A stretch of 64,000 nucleotides of DNA, from assembly GCA_026418905.1 (NCBI GenBank), contig JAOAAK010000036.1, positions 1,163-65,162 of the forward strand. Direction: 5' to 3'. Source of the stretch: Bacteroidales bacterium (lineage in GTDB: Bacteria > Bacteroidota > Bacteroidia > Bacteroidales > DTU049). Under the pieces are notes generated by a model. The model searched no databases, was not told the DNA's origin, and saw only the letters and a program-made list of their open reading frames with translations. This document shows, one piece after another, positions 39,082-49,673 of this stretch (position 1 is its first letter; each line of letters opens with the position of its first letter). The position numbers and the translations under genes were made by a program.

Positions 39082-40068
39082 ATGTTAAAAAATTTAGAAA
39101 GTAGGATTTTTCTTATTCAAAACATGGTTCAATTCGAAGAACTGGCGCTTATTCTTTTTCATATTCACTATCAATATAACCCTGTTTACAGAACTTTTTG
39201 TGACAACATTGGTATTGATCCGTCGCATGTTGGAAATTCATTTCAAATCCCTTGTCTTCCTGTATCGTTATTCAAATATCATAAAATATTACCGTCCTTC
39301 TGCAAGGAAAAATTAATTTTCGAAACAAGCGGCACAACTTCTCAACAAAAAGGTTCTCATTTCATTGCAAAGCCTTCTCTATACGAGCAATCCATTCTAA
39401 GGTGTTTTGAATTTTTTTACGGCCATCCATCACGATATCATTTTTTAGCATTAATTCCTAATTACTTAGAAAGACCAAACTCGTCGTTGGTGTATATGAT
39501 AAAAACTCTAATAAATATTTCACAATCTTCTGAAAGTGGTTTTTACTTGGATAATTTTTCTGCGCTTTATAAAAAAATGAAAAAACTTGAAAACGATTCA
39601 AAAAGAACCACCTTTTTAATAGGAACCACTTTTGCTTTAATTGATTTTCTAACGATTTATCCAAACAATTACCATGCTGCTATTATCATGGAGACAGGTG
39701 GGATGAAAGGCAGAAGAGAAGAATGGCCTCGTTTTTATTTACACGAATTTATCAAACAAAAGTCCCAAGTAAACGACGTTCACAGTGAGTACGGAATGAC
39801 TGAGCTACTATCTCAGGCTTATTCTCTACGAAATGGGCTATTTCAAACACCACCCTGGATGAAAATTTTTTTGCGAGATCCTCATGAACCACGTTTTTTT
39901 GGCCCGTCCCTTAAACAAGGGGTCATCCATATCATCGATTTAGCCAATATGTATTCATGTCCATTCATAGCCACCGAAGATGTGGGTAGATGGCATAGTG
40001 AAGGACTTGAAATTATTGGAAGAATGGATTTCAGCGATCTACGTGGATGTTCTATTATGACAATTTAA
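39082..40068 (+). CDS. LuxE/PaaK-like adenylate-forming acyl(-protein) synthetase homologue
   Basis: 328 aa. It has the P-loop-like segment FETSGTTSQQKGSHF and later ETGGMKGRR and YGMTE, which resemble the acyl-adenylate-forming superfamily. Confidence 0.6.
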   Translation: MLKNLESRIFLIQNMVQFEELALILFHIHYQYNPVYRTFCDNIGIDPSHVGNSFQIPCLPVSLFKYHKILPSFCKEKLIFETSGTTSQQKGSHFIAKPSLYEQSILRCFEFFYGHPSRYHFLALIPNYLERPNSSLVYMIKTLINISQSSESGFYLDNFSALYKKMKKLENDSKRTTFLIGTTFALIDFLTIYPNNYHAAIIMETGGMKGRREEWPRFYLHEFIKQKSQVNDVHSEYGMTELLSQAYSLRNGLFQTPPWMKIFLRDPHEPRFFGPSLKQGVIHIIDLANMYSCPFIATEDVGRWHSEGLEIIGRMDFSDLRGCSIMTI

Positions 40069-40105
40069 AAAAAATTGCAATCTTTGCATGTTATATTAAA
40101 ACAAA

Positions 40106-40981
40106 ATGAGTATTTTGGTCAACAAAGAAACACGTGTTATCGTTCAGGGCATTAGTGGCAAAGAAGGTACATTCCATACATCTCAAATGTTGGCCTACGG
40201 AACGAAAATTGTCGGAGGAGTTACGCCAGGCAAAGGTGGAACCAAACATTTAGATTTGCCTGTATTTAATACCGTCGAAGAAGCCGTAAAATCAACTCAC
40301 GCTGATAGCTCAGTCATTTTCGTACCTGCCCAATTTGCTGTAGATGCTATTATTGAAGCTGCTGATGCTGGGATACGACTCATTGTCTGTATCACTGAAG
40401 GTATTCCTATTCAAGACATGGTAAAAGTAAAACATCATCTGAGAAACAAGAATGCCCGTCTCATAGGACCCAATTGTCCCGGTATTATCACACCAGGCGA
40501 GGCCAAATTGGGCATCATGCCAGGATTTATTCATCGCAAAGGCCATGTGGGTATAGTTTCACGGAGTGGTACCTTATCTTACGAAGCTGTGAATCAGATT
40601 AGTGAAGCTGGTTTGGGCCAATCTACCATGGTAGGCATTGGTGGAGATCCTATTGTGGGAACAACAATGAAAGAAGTAGTAGAAATGTTTATGAACGATC
40701 CCGAAACAGAAATTATTGTCCTTATTGGTGAAATCGGTGGTACTGCCGAAATCGAAGTAGCAGACTTTTACCAATTACATCCCCACAAACCTATCGTAGC
40801 CTTCATTGCCGGAGCTACTGCTCCTCGAGGAAGAACCATGGGACACGCTGGCGCTATCATTAGTGGTAAATGGGATACTGCTCAAGCTAAAAAACAATAC
40901 CTTTCCGAAAAAGGTATTCATGTGGTAGACCACCCCGCTTATATTGGAAAGACTGTCAAGCAAATCATAAATAGCATCTGA
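40106..40981 (+). CDS. sucD: succinate--CoA ligase subunit alpha
   Basis: 291 aa. It has [30 protein letters not shown], and the phosphohistidine context MGHAGAII. Confidence 0.97.
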   Translation: MSILVNKETRVIVQGISGKEGTFHTSQMLAYGTKIVGGVTPGKGGTKHLDLPVFNTVEEAVKSTHADSSVIFVPAQFAVDAIIEAADAGIRLIVCITEGIPIQDMVKVKHHLRNKNARLIGPNCPGIITPGEAKLGIMPGFIHRKGHVGIVSRSGTLSYEAVNQISEAGLGQSTMVGIGGDPIVGTTMKEVVEMFMNDPETEIIVLIGEIGGTAEIEVADFYQLHPHKPIVAFIAGATAPRGRTMGHAGAIISGKWDTAQAKKQYLSEKGIHVVDHPAYIGKTVKQIINSI

Positions 40982-40997
40982 CTTCTGCCCTGCATTT

Positions 40998-43430
40998 TTA
41001 AGGCAATACCAGCATTTTCTTTAATTCGTCCATTCCATCTTTATCTCGAAGTATGATAAAGATTGAGCCTTTGTAGGGAATCTCAACAAAAAACACATTG
41101 TGGTTCTGGGAAAAGTAAATATCTTTTTCAAAAAGCAATCTTCCAGCTACATCCACTATTTTAAGCGTATAATTCTTTTCATTTTTTCCGACAAATTCGA
41201 GGTATAATTGTCCACCTTTTGTTGAAATATGGACAGAAGTTTCAATACTTGGGCTATACCATTTAGAATCTAACAAATGTCGTTTGCCATCATAATCTTC
41301 CTGATAAAGCACGAACAAAGTAGGAATGGATGGTTCTTCATCAAGAAGAGAATATGATGTTATTTCATTGGTCGTTCCTGAACCAGGATGATACAAAGTC
41401 TTAATGTATTTCCCTCCTTGCCAGGTTTCAATTTCATAATGATCACACTGCATTTCGGAAGCTGTCGCCCAGCTAATTTCAATTAACGAAGGTCGAGCCC
41501 ATTTAACATCGAACGATATCAGTTCTACAGGAAGGTTGCCCAACGAACTTTTAGCAATAGCAAAATCACTAAAAGCATTCAAATTTCTTCTCTTTGCTGT
41601 AACATAAACCCCCGGGACCATAGATTGATCACTGTTAAGATGGGTACCTTGACTTACCCAGTTAGAGGCTGCATTAGGACGTTTGATGACAGCATGTGAT
41701 GCTGCTGTAGCACCCTCGTTGGTATGTCCTCTTGAAGTAAGAGTAATATCGTAATTGTATGTTCCACCATTAGGCTCAAAAGTCCAGAAACCATAATTTA
41801 ATAGTTCATTCAATTGAGTTCCATTAACATAAATGTTTTGAGGTGTAATATTAATAGGTGTAGAATGAGGAGAAGTAAAAAAACCATCAATATAGCTCAA
41901 TCCCGAAGATGAATTAAGGTTAATGTTAGCAAATTCATAGTTGGAAGAAGTTCCAAGTGGGAAATCATAACTGCCTGTAGAAGCCACATATCGTCTTAAC
42001 CGGCCATTGATATAACTCTGGGTGCTATGATCGACAATTGAAGAGGGAGATGTGTTGTAAATCACAAGAATATTGCTTCCTGTTGATAGAATACCTTTCT
42101 TAAGGGAAAGAGAGTTATTTATAGTAATTTGATTAGACAAAGTAAGAGAAGAAGTAGCTGTGTTTTTTTCCAATACGACTTTAAAAAACTGTAAATTACT
42201 ACCCGATAAGACTGAATTACTTCCTTTAAAATATATAGTTCCATTAGTAAACGACACATTTCCATTGTTGACAAAATTGCCATACACATCCAAGCGACTT
42301 GACGCGTTGTTCATAGTTAGTGTTCTGCCATTTTCTATCGAGAGATTTTTAGAATAAGCAGCTGAGTAAGCTACAGGACTTGTTGGAGGAGCTCCAATGA
42401 TGGGTTCGTTCGTTACACCACTTGAAGGAATAGTTACATCTGTCATAGAATCAGGAACTTGAAGATTTTGCCAGTTTTCGCAATTAAACCAGTTGTTATC
42501 CTTGCCCCCTACCCATAAGCCTGGACTATATCCACCTGGAAGAATACTGTAAGTTTGACCGTAATGAATTCGATTGGCAAAATAAGTTGCACAACTTCCT
42601 CTGTTGGTCCAATTACTGGGATTGTTTATTCGATCAATCCATTCTCTTTTTGTAGCAGCTGTCGTTGGGCCGGTATATTCGAGGAAATCGGTGGCCACTC
42701 CAGGCATCATGCTGAAACATTCCATACCGGGAAATAAACCTGAATGTTGAGTACTACTGGCAAAATTTTGCCACACATTATTAGTGTTAAAAGCAAATAA
42801 AAGAGTACCTGGTGTATACGTAGCATCATGACTCCCATTATTAGTACCCCTGTTCCATGTTCCACCTTGGAAGAAGTATATTTGATCACCGCTAGAATTT
42901 AAATTAACTGTCGTACCAGGCCAATTTAAATTGGCAACACTCCAGTTGTTATCAGGGTATAAACCTTGAAAAGTAAGAGTGGTAATACCAAAACGAAAAG
43001 TAACAACTGTACCAGCTGGAATCGTACTAGTTGTTCTTGTAATTTCGTAAACTCCCTCGGAATTTCCCCATTTTAATGCATTAACTCTTTGATATCCATT
43101 ATCTGTGATAATAAATTTGTCTCCTGGATCAATATTCTTAAAAGTTATAAAACTTATTTCATCCTCTCCATTGGCTCCACCCACACAATTCGTATTAGAA
43201 CAGACTGAAATAATTGCAAAATCACCACTTTCAAATATACCTTTAGATTTTAAAAAAGGATTGAACTCTTCTGAACGACCTAGTGAGCTGGTATCAAAAC
43301 TTTGAGAAGCAGGAACAAAACGAGCGTCTATAATGCTAAATTGATTAACATTAACTAACCCTGAATCTATAGTGGTCTGAGAAATGATATAGCCCTCATA
43401 AAGCAAAAATATTATAAAAATTAACCGCAT
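40998..43430 (-). CDS. large secreted protein with T9SS type-A C-terminal sorting domain
   Basis: 810 aa with a signal peptide. It is Asn/Ser/Thr/Gly-rich. The tail YTLKIVDVAGRLLFEKDIYF...IFIILRD is CTD-like. Confidence 0.75.
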   Translation of the reverse strand: MRLIFIIFLLYEGYIISQTTIDSGLVNVNQFSIIDARFVPASQSFDTSSLGRSEEFNPFLKSKGIFESGDFAIISVCSNTNCVGGANGEDEISFITFKNIDPGDKFIITDNGYQRVNALKWGNSEGVYEITRTTSTIPAGTVVTFRFGITTLTFQGLYPDNNWSVANLNWPGTTVNLNSSGDQIYFFQGGTWNRGTNNGSHDATYTPGTLLFAFNTNNVWQNFASSTQHSGLFPGMECFSMMPGVATDFLEYTGPTTAATKREWIDRINNPSNWTNRGSCATYFANRIHYGQTYSILPGGYSPGLWVGGKDNNWFNCENWQNLQVPDSMTDVTIPSSGVTNEPIIGAPPTSPVAYSAAYSKNLSIENGRTLTMNNASSRLDVYGNFVNNGNVSFTNGTIYFKGSNSVLSGSNLQFFKVVLEKNTATSSLTLSNQITINNSLSLKKGILSTGSNILVIYNTSPSSIVDHSTQSYINGRLRRYVASTGSYDFPLGTSSNYEFANINLNSSSGLSYIDGFFTSPHSTPINITPQNIYVNGTQLNELLNYGFWTFEPNGGTYNYDITLTSRGHTNEGATAASHAVIKRPNAASNWVSQGTHLNSDQSMVPGVYVTAKRRNLNAFSDFAIAKSSLGNLPVELISFDVKWARPSLIEISWATASEMQCDHYEIETWQGGKYIKTLYHPGSGTTNEITSYSLLDEEPSIPTLFVLYQEDYDGKRHLLDSKWYSPSIETSVHISTKGGQLYLEFVGKNEKNYTLKIVDVAGRLLFEKDIYFSQNHNVFFVEIPYKGSIFIILRDKDGMDELKKMLVLP

Positions 43431-43462
43431 ACCTCAATAATTTTTAAGTCAAAAACTACATG

Positions 43463-43470
43463 CAAATGTA
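43463..43470 (-). promoter_or_regulatory. Bacteroidota-type -7 promoter box for the 810-aa T9SS cargo gene
   Basis: The minus strand reads TACATTTG(CA), 32 nt upstream of the ATG at 43430. Confidence 0.35.
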
Positions 43471-43504
43471 ACTATTTATTATCAAAAAAACATGTTCTCG
43501 TTAG

Positions 43505-43657
43505 TTATTTTTGTGTTAATTTATTTTTATCATTTTCTTCCCTCTCATTTTCAACTGAAAAATTCCTTTTGGTCAATACTTTCCAGTAAAAAAACACGCA
43601 AGCTCCAATCACCAATAACCAGATCAAAAGCATCAAAACCAATGCTGATGTATTCAT
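43505..43657 (-). CDS. 50-aa single-TM protein, candidate small subunit of the adjacent NSS transporter (MetS-like)
   Basis: Hand translation: MNTSALVLMLLIWLLVIGACVFFYWKVLTKRNFSVENEREENDKNKLTQK. Its ATG overlaps the transporter TGA (ATGA at 43654-43657). It has one hydrophobic helix and a charged tail. It is below the ORF-track length cutoff. Confidence 0.55.
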   Translation of the reverse strand: MNTSALVLMLLIWLLVIGACVFFYWKVLTKRNFSVENEREENDKNKLTQK

Positions 43658-45324
43658 GATATCCACCTATTTTCTTTTTTACGTTTCTTAAATGCTCGAT
43701 ATACTAAGTAACCTATTGCGACAAAGGTCACAAGAAGAATAATACGACTAGCATTAATAAGCCATATACGTCGTTTGATATCTGCAATCATATTAGCATC
43801 TGATGCTTGCTGCAATTCGTGGTGTAATTCTAAATTCATCATTTTTCCCACCAAACTGTCAAAAGCAAATGGCCAACCTTCTCCACTGAACAATTGCTGA
43901 AAAGCCAATACCCAATTGTTATCCATCGGTTTGAAAATAGCCCCAATAAGAATTATGATCAATATGATAGGCGTTACAAAACCAATAATGTATTTGTAAA
44001 TGCCAGGAATTTTAATTTCTGCACCTCTAATAATCTCTTCCCATCCTCTTTTGTAGCCAAAAAACCATGCAAACAATACAGCTTCAAACGCAGCAAAAAT
44101 AAAAAGTGTAAACGAACCAGTCCAGTAATCGTATTCATCAAACACTCCCTCATTAAAAAACAAAACAGTTGGCATACCTAGAACAAGAATGATTCCTCCA
44201 AAAAGATATGCTGAGGATCTGGTAGATAAGCCAAATTCGTCTTTCATAAATGCTTGTACCGGCACACCCATCGCTAATGATGAGGTGATACCAGCAAAAA
44301 ACAACAAAGTAAACCAAACAATGCTAACAATCGTACCCATTACATCCCCCCATTGATAAAAAAGAAATGGCAAAGTTTTAAAACCAAGTCCTAAACCTCC
44401 TAATTGCGTTATTTCAAAAACCTTATCTAATCCTAAAAAACCAATAGAAATAGGTATAACAATAGCTCCACCTAAAACAACTTCCACAAATTCGTTTGTC
44501 CAGCCAGCAGTCATGGCATTCAAGGCTATGTCATCATTTTTTCTTAGATATGATGCATATGCCTGAATGGAACCCATACCCAACGATAAGGTAAAAAAGA
44601 TTTGACTTGCTGCAGCAAACCATACTTTTGGATTCCATATGGAATCAAAATGAGGAGTCCAAAGAAAATTAAGCCCTGCTATGCCATTTTCTACTGCCCC
44701 ATCCACTCCAGCCTGAATAGTAATAGCTTTAAATGCTAAAAAAAAGCCAAATAAAATCAGCATAGGCATGGCAAACATTGCTACTTTCTCAACTCCTCCA
44801 CACAACCCGCGACTTAATATGTAAACGTTCAAAAACAAGCAAAAAACAAAGAAAAACAAAGATTCAAAAGGGAAAAAAGTAAACTTATCGAGCGAGACGT
44901 AATGATTGAAAACTTCCACAACACCATGTTGATCTAAACCCTTGAAAGTACCTATGAGACTGTGAAAAATATATGCCAGCGTCCACGACTCCATGTAAGT
45001 ATAATAAGCCCCTATACCAATGTTGCTAAAAATGCCAAAAATTCCGACATATTTCCAGAACGAAAGCCTGTTCATGCTCTGGAACATAAAAGGGGTGCTA
45101 TGAAACCCATACTGTCCCCCATATCTTCCGATAGACCATTCAATGAGTAAAAGTGGTATGCCAAGCAATAGAAAACTCACCAGGTAAGGGATAATAAACG
45201 CTCCACCTCCATTCTGAATAGCTTGAACAGGAAATCGCAAAAAATTGCCAAATCCTACCGCATTACCGGCCATGGCAAGAATAAGACCTATACGTGTTCC
45301 CCACCCTTCAGTTGTTTTTTTCAT
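43654..45324 (-). CDS. sodium-dependent transporter of the neurotransmitter:sodium symporter (NSS/SNF) family
   Basis: 556 aa. The hallmark TM1 motif is AMAGNAVGFGNFLRFP, and there are about 12 TM helices. Confidence 0.93.
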   Translation of the reverse strand: MKKTTEGWGTRIGLILAMAGNAVGFGNFLRFPVQAIQNGGGAFIIPYLVSFLLLGIPLLLIEWSIGRYGGQYGFHSTPFMFQSMNRLSFWKYVGIFGIFSNIGIGAYYTYMESWTLAYIFHSLIGTFKGLDQHGVVEVFNHYVSLDKFTFFPFESLFFFVFCLFLNVYILSRGLCGGVEKVAMFAMPMLILFGFFLAFKAITIQAGVDGAVENGIAGLNFLWTPHFDSIWNPKVWFAAASQIFFTLSLGMGSIQAYASYLRKNDDIALNAMTAGWTNEFVEVVLGGAIVIPISIGFLGLDKVFEITQLGGLGLGFKTLPFLFYQWGDVMGTIVSIVWFTLLFFAGITSSLAMGVPVQAFMKDEFGLSTRSSAYLFGGIILVLGMPTVLFFNEGVFDEYDYWTGSFTLFIFAAFEAVLFAWFFGYKRGWEEIIRGAEIKIPGIYKYIIGFVTPIILIIILIGAIFKPMDNNWVLAFQQLFSGEGWPFAFDSLVGKMMNLELHHELQQASDANMIADIKRRIWLINASRIILLVTFVAIGYLVYRAFKKRKKENRWIS

Positions 45325-46369
45325 GGTGTATCATTTTGATGGTTTGCTGAAATTTCGTTCTACTCTTTTGTTTAATAAACTCCAATATTCCTTGACTTTC
45401 CAGCAAATGAATTGGCTTATAATTCCAATCTTTCGTAAAGTTAACAATGATACTATTTCTTTCAGGTGTTAAAAATTCAAGCTCTTTGATTAATTTATCT
45501 TCCTCATTTGGAAATAGCACACATAAAATTGGCATGAGTGCATTGACATAGTAACGCAAAATAGTTTGTTTACAAGCAACAATATGTTGGGTCTTGAAAA
45601 AATTCCATCTTTCATTCATCATACTTATCAATGAACTTATTTTTTTCAAGTGAAAAAGTTCTTCAAAAAAGCAAATTTTTCTTTCCCAGGACCCGTTCGG
45701 TAATGTTTTTTTATGAAGAGGATATGGTGCGCATGAAATCAAACTACGTATAAAAAAAGCCAAACTTGCTTTGTGAAATATTTCTCGTGCTTGAGACCAT
45801 GAAATTTGATATCCTACCCACTCAAATAAATCCGCATATGTAGGTTTTCCGATACCTATTAAAATATGATGCCAAATCGCATCATAAATCTTATAGTTAT
45901 GATTTTTACATAAATTCCTGAAAAAATTCTTTCTTTGCTCGAGGCGACTAAAAAAAAAGCTTCGAATGATGTCAGAGATATAAGATGAATCGTGCTCACA
46001 GCAAACAAGCCTGTAAGTGTCTAGATGTTGTAATTCTACCACTGGAACAATTCGTCCATGACTAGTATAACAAATTTTGTCATTTTCGTCTACAAGCTGA
46101 AATAGCACCTGATCATAAGCTTTTTGCATGTGATGGCCATGAACATACCAATCGGAAGATTTTCTATGAATTTCAATATTTCCCACTAACCAAGCATCAT
46201 TCGTACGGGCCACACATCCTATAATGTCAGGTCCATCAAAACGGTTTTCCATTCCATGAAAATATATTGTTAAATTCTCACCAGTACTTAAAGTAAGAAA
46301 AAAAGGTATTGGGGTAGAAAACCATTTTGACAGAATCTCTTTTTCTTTGCTTAACATTATTAAAACCAC
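45308..46369 (-). CDS. DUF2851-family protein
   Basis: 353 aa. GNIEIHRKSSDWYVHGHH matches the conserved core I associate with DUF2851. The listed start is a GTG, with an alternative ATG at 46357. There is a 17-nt overlap with the NSS gene. Confidence 0.72.
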   Translation of the reverse strand: MVLIMLSKEKEILSKWFSTPIPFFLTLSTGENLTIYFHGMENRFDGPDIIGCVARTNDAWLVGNIEIHRKSSDWYVHGHHMQKAYDQVLFQLVDENDKICYTSHGRIVPVVELQHLDTYRLVCCEHDSSYISDIIRSFFFSRLEQRKNFFRNLCKNHNYKIYDAIWHHILIGIGKPTYADLFEWVGYQISWSQAREIFHKASLAFFIRSLISCAPYPLHKKTLPNGSWERKICFFEELFHLKKISSLISMMNERWNFFKTQHIVACKQTILRYYVNALMPILCVLFPNEEDKLIKELEFLTPERNSIIVNFTKDWNYKPIHLLESQGILEFIKQKSRTKFQQTIKMIHHEKNN

Positions 46370-46400
46370 ACGATAAACTTAAAAATATTTTCAAAAATAG

Positions 46401-46416
46401 TACATTTGCAAAAATA
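46401..46416. promoter_or_regulatory. 16-bp element made of two abutting, oppositely oriented -7 boxes (divergent promoter core)
   Basis: The sequence is TACATTTGCAAAAATA. The plus-strand TACATTTG lies 12 nt before the ATG at 46421. The minus-strand TATTTTTG faces the DUF2851 gene. The exact reverse complement recurs at 52012-52027. Confidence 0.45.
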
Positions 46417-46420
46417 AAGC

Positions 46421-46798
46421 ATGTCAAAATTAATAGCGATTCTTTGTGTTTTTAACACTTTTTTTCTTTTTTCTCAACAAAACACTTCTATTAATACCAT
46501 TTACTTAGATGTCGATACGCCTGCCTTATACGTAGAGGGAACTACTGCCCTCCAACGACATATTATTTCCTGCAGTCAAGAATTAAAAAATTTCTTCAAA
46601 CCTGGTACATTTCTTCTTATTTCTTTTATAGTTGAACAAGATGGAACCATTACACAAGTATCTGCCGTCAACACTCAATTACCCGAAGAAGCTCAAGTTA
46701 TTATTAACAAAATGTTTTCTTCCATGGGTCCATGGAAACCTGCTGTCGTCAATGGCAAAAAAGTACGCTCTAAAAATTTTATCACGCTTGAATTATAG
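46421..46798 (+). CDS. small secreted protein with TonB C-terminal-like domain
   Basis: 125 aa with a signal peptide. The pattern FLLISFIVEQDGTITQVSAV...PWKPAVVNGKKVRSK resembles the TonB_C fold. Confidence 0.6.
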   Translation: MSKLIAILCVFNTFFLFSQQNTSINTIYLDVDTPALYVEGTTALQRHIISCSQELKNFFKPGTFLLISFIVEQDGTITQVSAVNTQLPEEAQVIINKMFSSMGPWKPAVVNGKKVRSKNFITLEL

Positions 46799-46899
46799 TT
46801 ATCATCCAAACAAATTTTTCCTACGCATAATCTCAGTTTTAAAAGTAATTCTATATCATACAAATTTCATATTTCATCATTAAGATTTAAAAATTAATT

Positions 46900-46907
46900 T
46901 ACATTTG
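46900..46907 (+). promoter_or_regulatory. Bacteroidota-type -7 promoter box for atpDC
   Basis: TACATTTG(C), 19 nt upstream of the ATG at 46927. Confidence 0.4.
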
Positions 46908-46911
46908 CTGA

Positions 46912-48435
<1,524 letters not shown>

Positions 48436-48439
48436 TCAC

Positions 48440-48685
48440 ATGATGTTGTACATTAAAATCATACATCCAGAAGGCAAGTTGTTTGAAGGGGAGATAAGCA
48501 TGGCTCAATTTCCTGGAAGTATGGGATCATTTCAAGTGCTTCCTAACCATGCTCCTCTGGTTTCTTCTCTCGAAGCTGGTAATATTCGTGTTCGAACCTC
48601 CCAAAACGAAGAAAAACTTTTCTCTATCAAAGGAGGTTTTGTTGAGGTTTTCAAAAACACCATTATAGCTCTCGTCACTGTTTGA
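48440..48685 (+). CDS. atpC: F1 ATP synthase subunit epsilon (short, beta-sandwich only)
   Basis: 81 aa from the ATG at 48440, 4 nt after the atpD stop. It begins MMLYIKIIHPEGKLFEGEI and contains VLPNHAPLVSSL. The ORF-track 5' extension to 48329 overlaps atpD and is rejected. Confidence 0.85.
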   Translation: MMLYIKIIHPEGKLFEGEISMAQFPGSMGSFQVLPNHAPLVSSLEAGNIRVRTSQNEEKLFSIKGGFVEVFKNTIIALVTV

Positions 48686-49673
48686 TTTTCTTCAGTTCTA
48701 GTTTTAAACACTCAAGTAAAGTTCTAACATTTTTAAATACATGGTGTTTTTTGGCATGTAATTGGGCTAGATATATTTGCTCGCTTTGCCCACTGGTAGG
48801 AAAAAGCCATCCCTTTTTGTTCAACTTCTCAAGATCCATCAACACACTATACCCTGTATGAGATATTAGATATCGCGCATTCATGATGAGTTCATCTACA
48901 GCAGGATTTGTTAATGTATATGTTTTAATATGAGGTGGCAGCTGAATCGTGCCTTCTGTCCCAACAATATGTAAAGGAAAATCAATGTCTTTCCAAAAAC
49001 TAACAATTTGGTTCAACATCCACTCCCTATGAAGAGAAGGCCCTGATAAAACCCATACTGCATATTCTTCCTCGACGTTTGACCTTCTATTTTCGAAGCG
49101 CGAAAGTGGGCCAATGTACCAGTGATTTAATCTTCTAAGCACAGGTGTATGACTGAGTTTTCCAGCTAGACCAGGGTATTCATGAACATCGGGAATCCAC
49201 AGTTGAAAAAAATGCTTATATTTATTAAGCATTATACGCATAAGCAAGGGCTTGAAAGGAAACGCCCACCAAGGGAAAGCAGGTCTAACCTGATGAGTAA
49301 TCAAAATCGATGGGATAGTTTCGTCAAACCAACCATAACGATTGTCAGAAATAATCAGATCGGGTTCGTGTTTTAAAACAAGCTCCTTTACTTTTTTTCT
49401 TTCATGGAAGTACATTTTTTGTAACCAAAAGACTACGAAAAACAGATGAAATAAGGAAAAATTCTTTCGATAAAGAAAAGGTGTTTCTTCTTCTACTTCT
49501 GAGATGATTTCAGGTACGTATTGTTTAACATAGTCTAGAAGTTCTTGAGTAGTAAACACAATTACTTTGTTGTGTCGTACGTATTGCCTTAAAAGCGGTA
49601 TCATGCGTGCAACATGTCCTAGTCCCCACGGCAAAGGAGACACGAGAATAGTCTTGTTATAAATTGGTATCAT
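48675..49673 (-). CDS. GT-B fold glycosyltransferase (MGT/GT1- or GT28-like)
   Basis: 332 aa. The N-terminus is PLPWGLGHVARMIPLL and the C-terminal segment is ISHTGYSVLMD...PTSGQSEQ. There is a 4-nt overlap with the upstream TonB-dependent receptor gene. Confidence 0.72.
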   Translation of the reverse strand: MIPIYNKTILVSPLPWGLGHVARMIPLLRQYVRHNKVIVFTTQELLDYVKQYVPEIISEVEEETPFLYRKNFSLFHLFFVVFWLQKMYFHERKKVKELVLKHEPDLIISDNRYGWFDETIPSILITHQVRPAFPWWAFPFKPLLMRIMLNKYKHFFQLWIPDVHEYPGLAGKLSHTPVLRRLNHWYIGPLSRFENRRSNVEEEYAVWVLSGPSLHREWMLNQIVSFWKDIDFPLHIVGTEGTIQLPPHIKTYTLTNPAVDELIMNARYLISHTGYSVLMDLEKLNKKGWLFPTSGQSEQIYLAQLHAKKHHVFKNVRTLLECLKLELKKIKQ

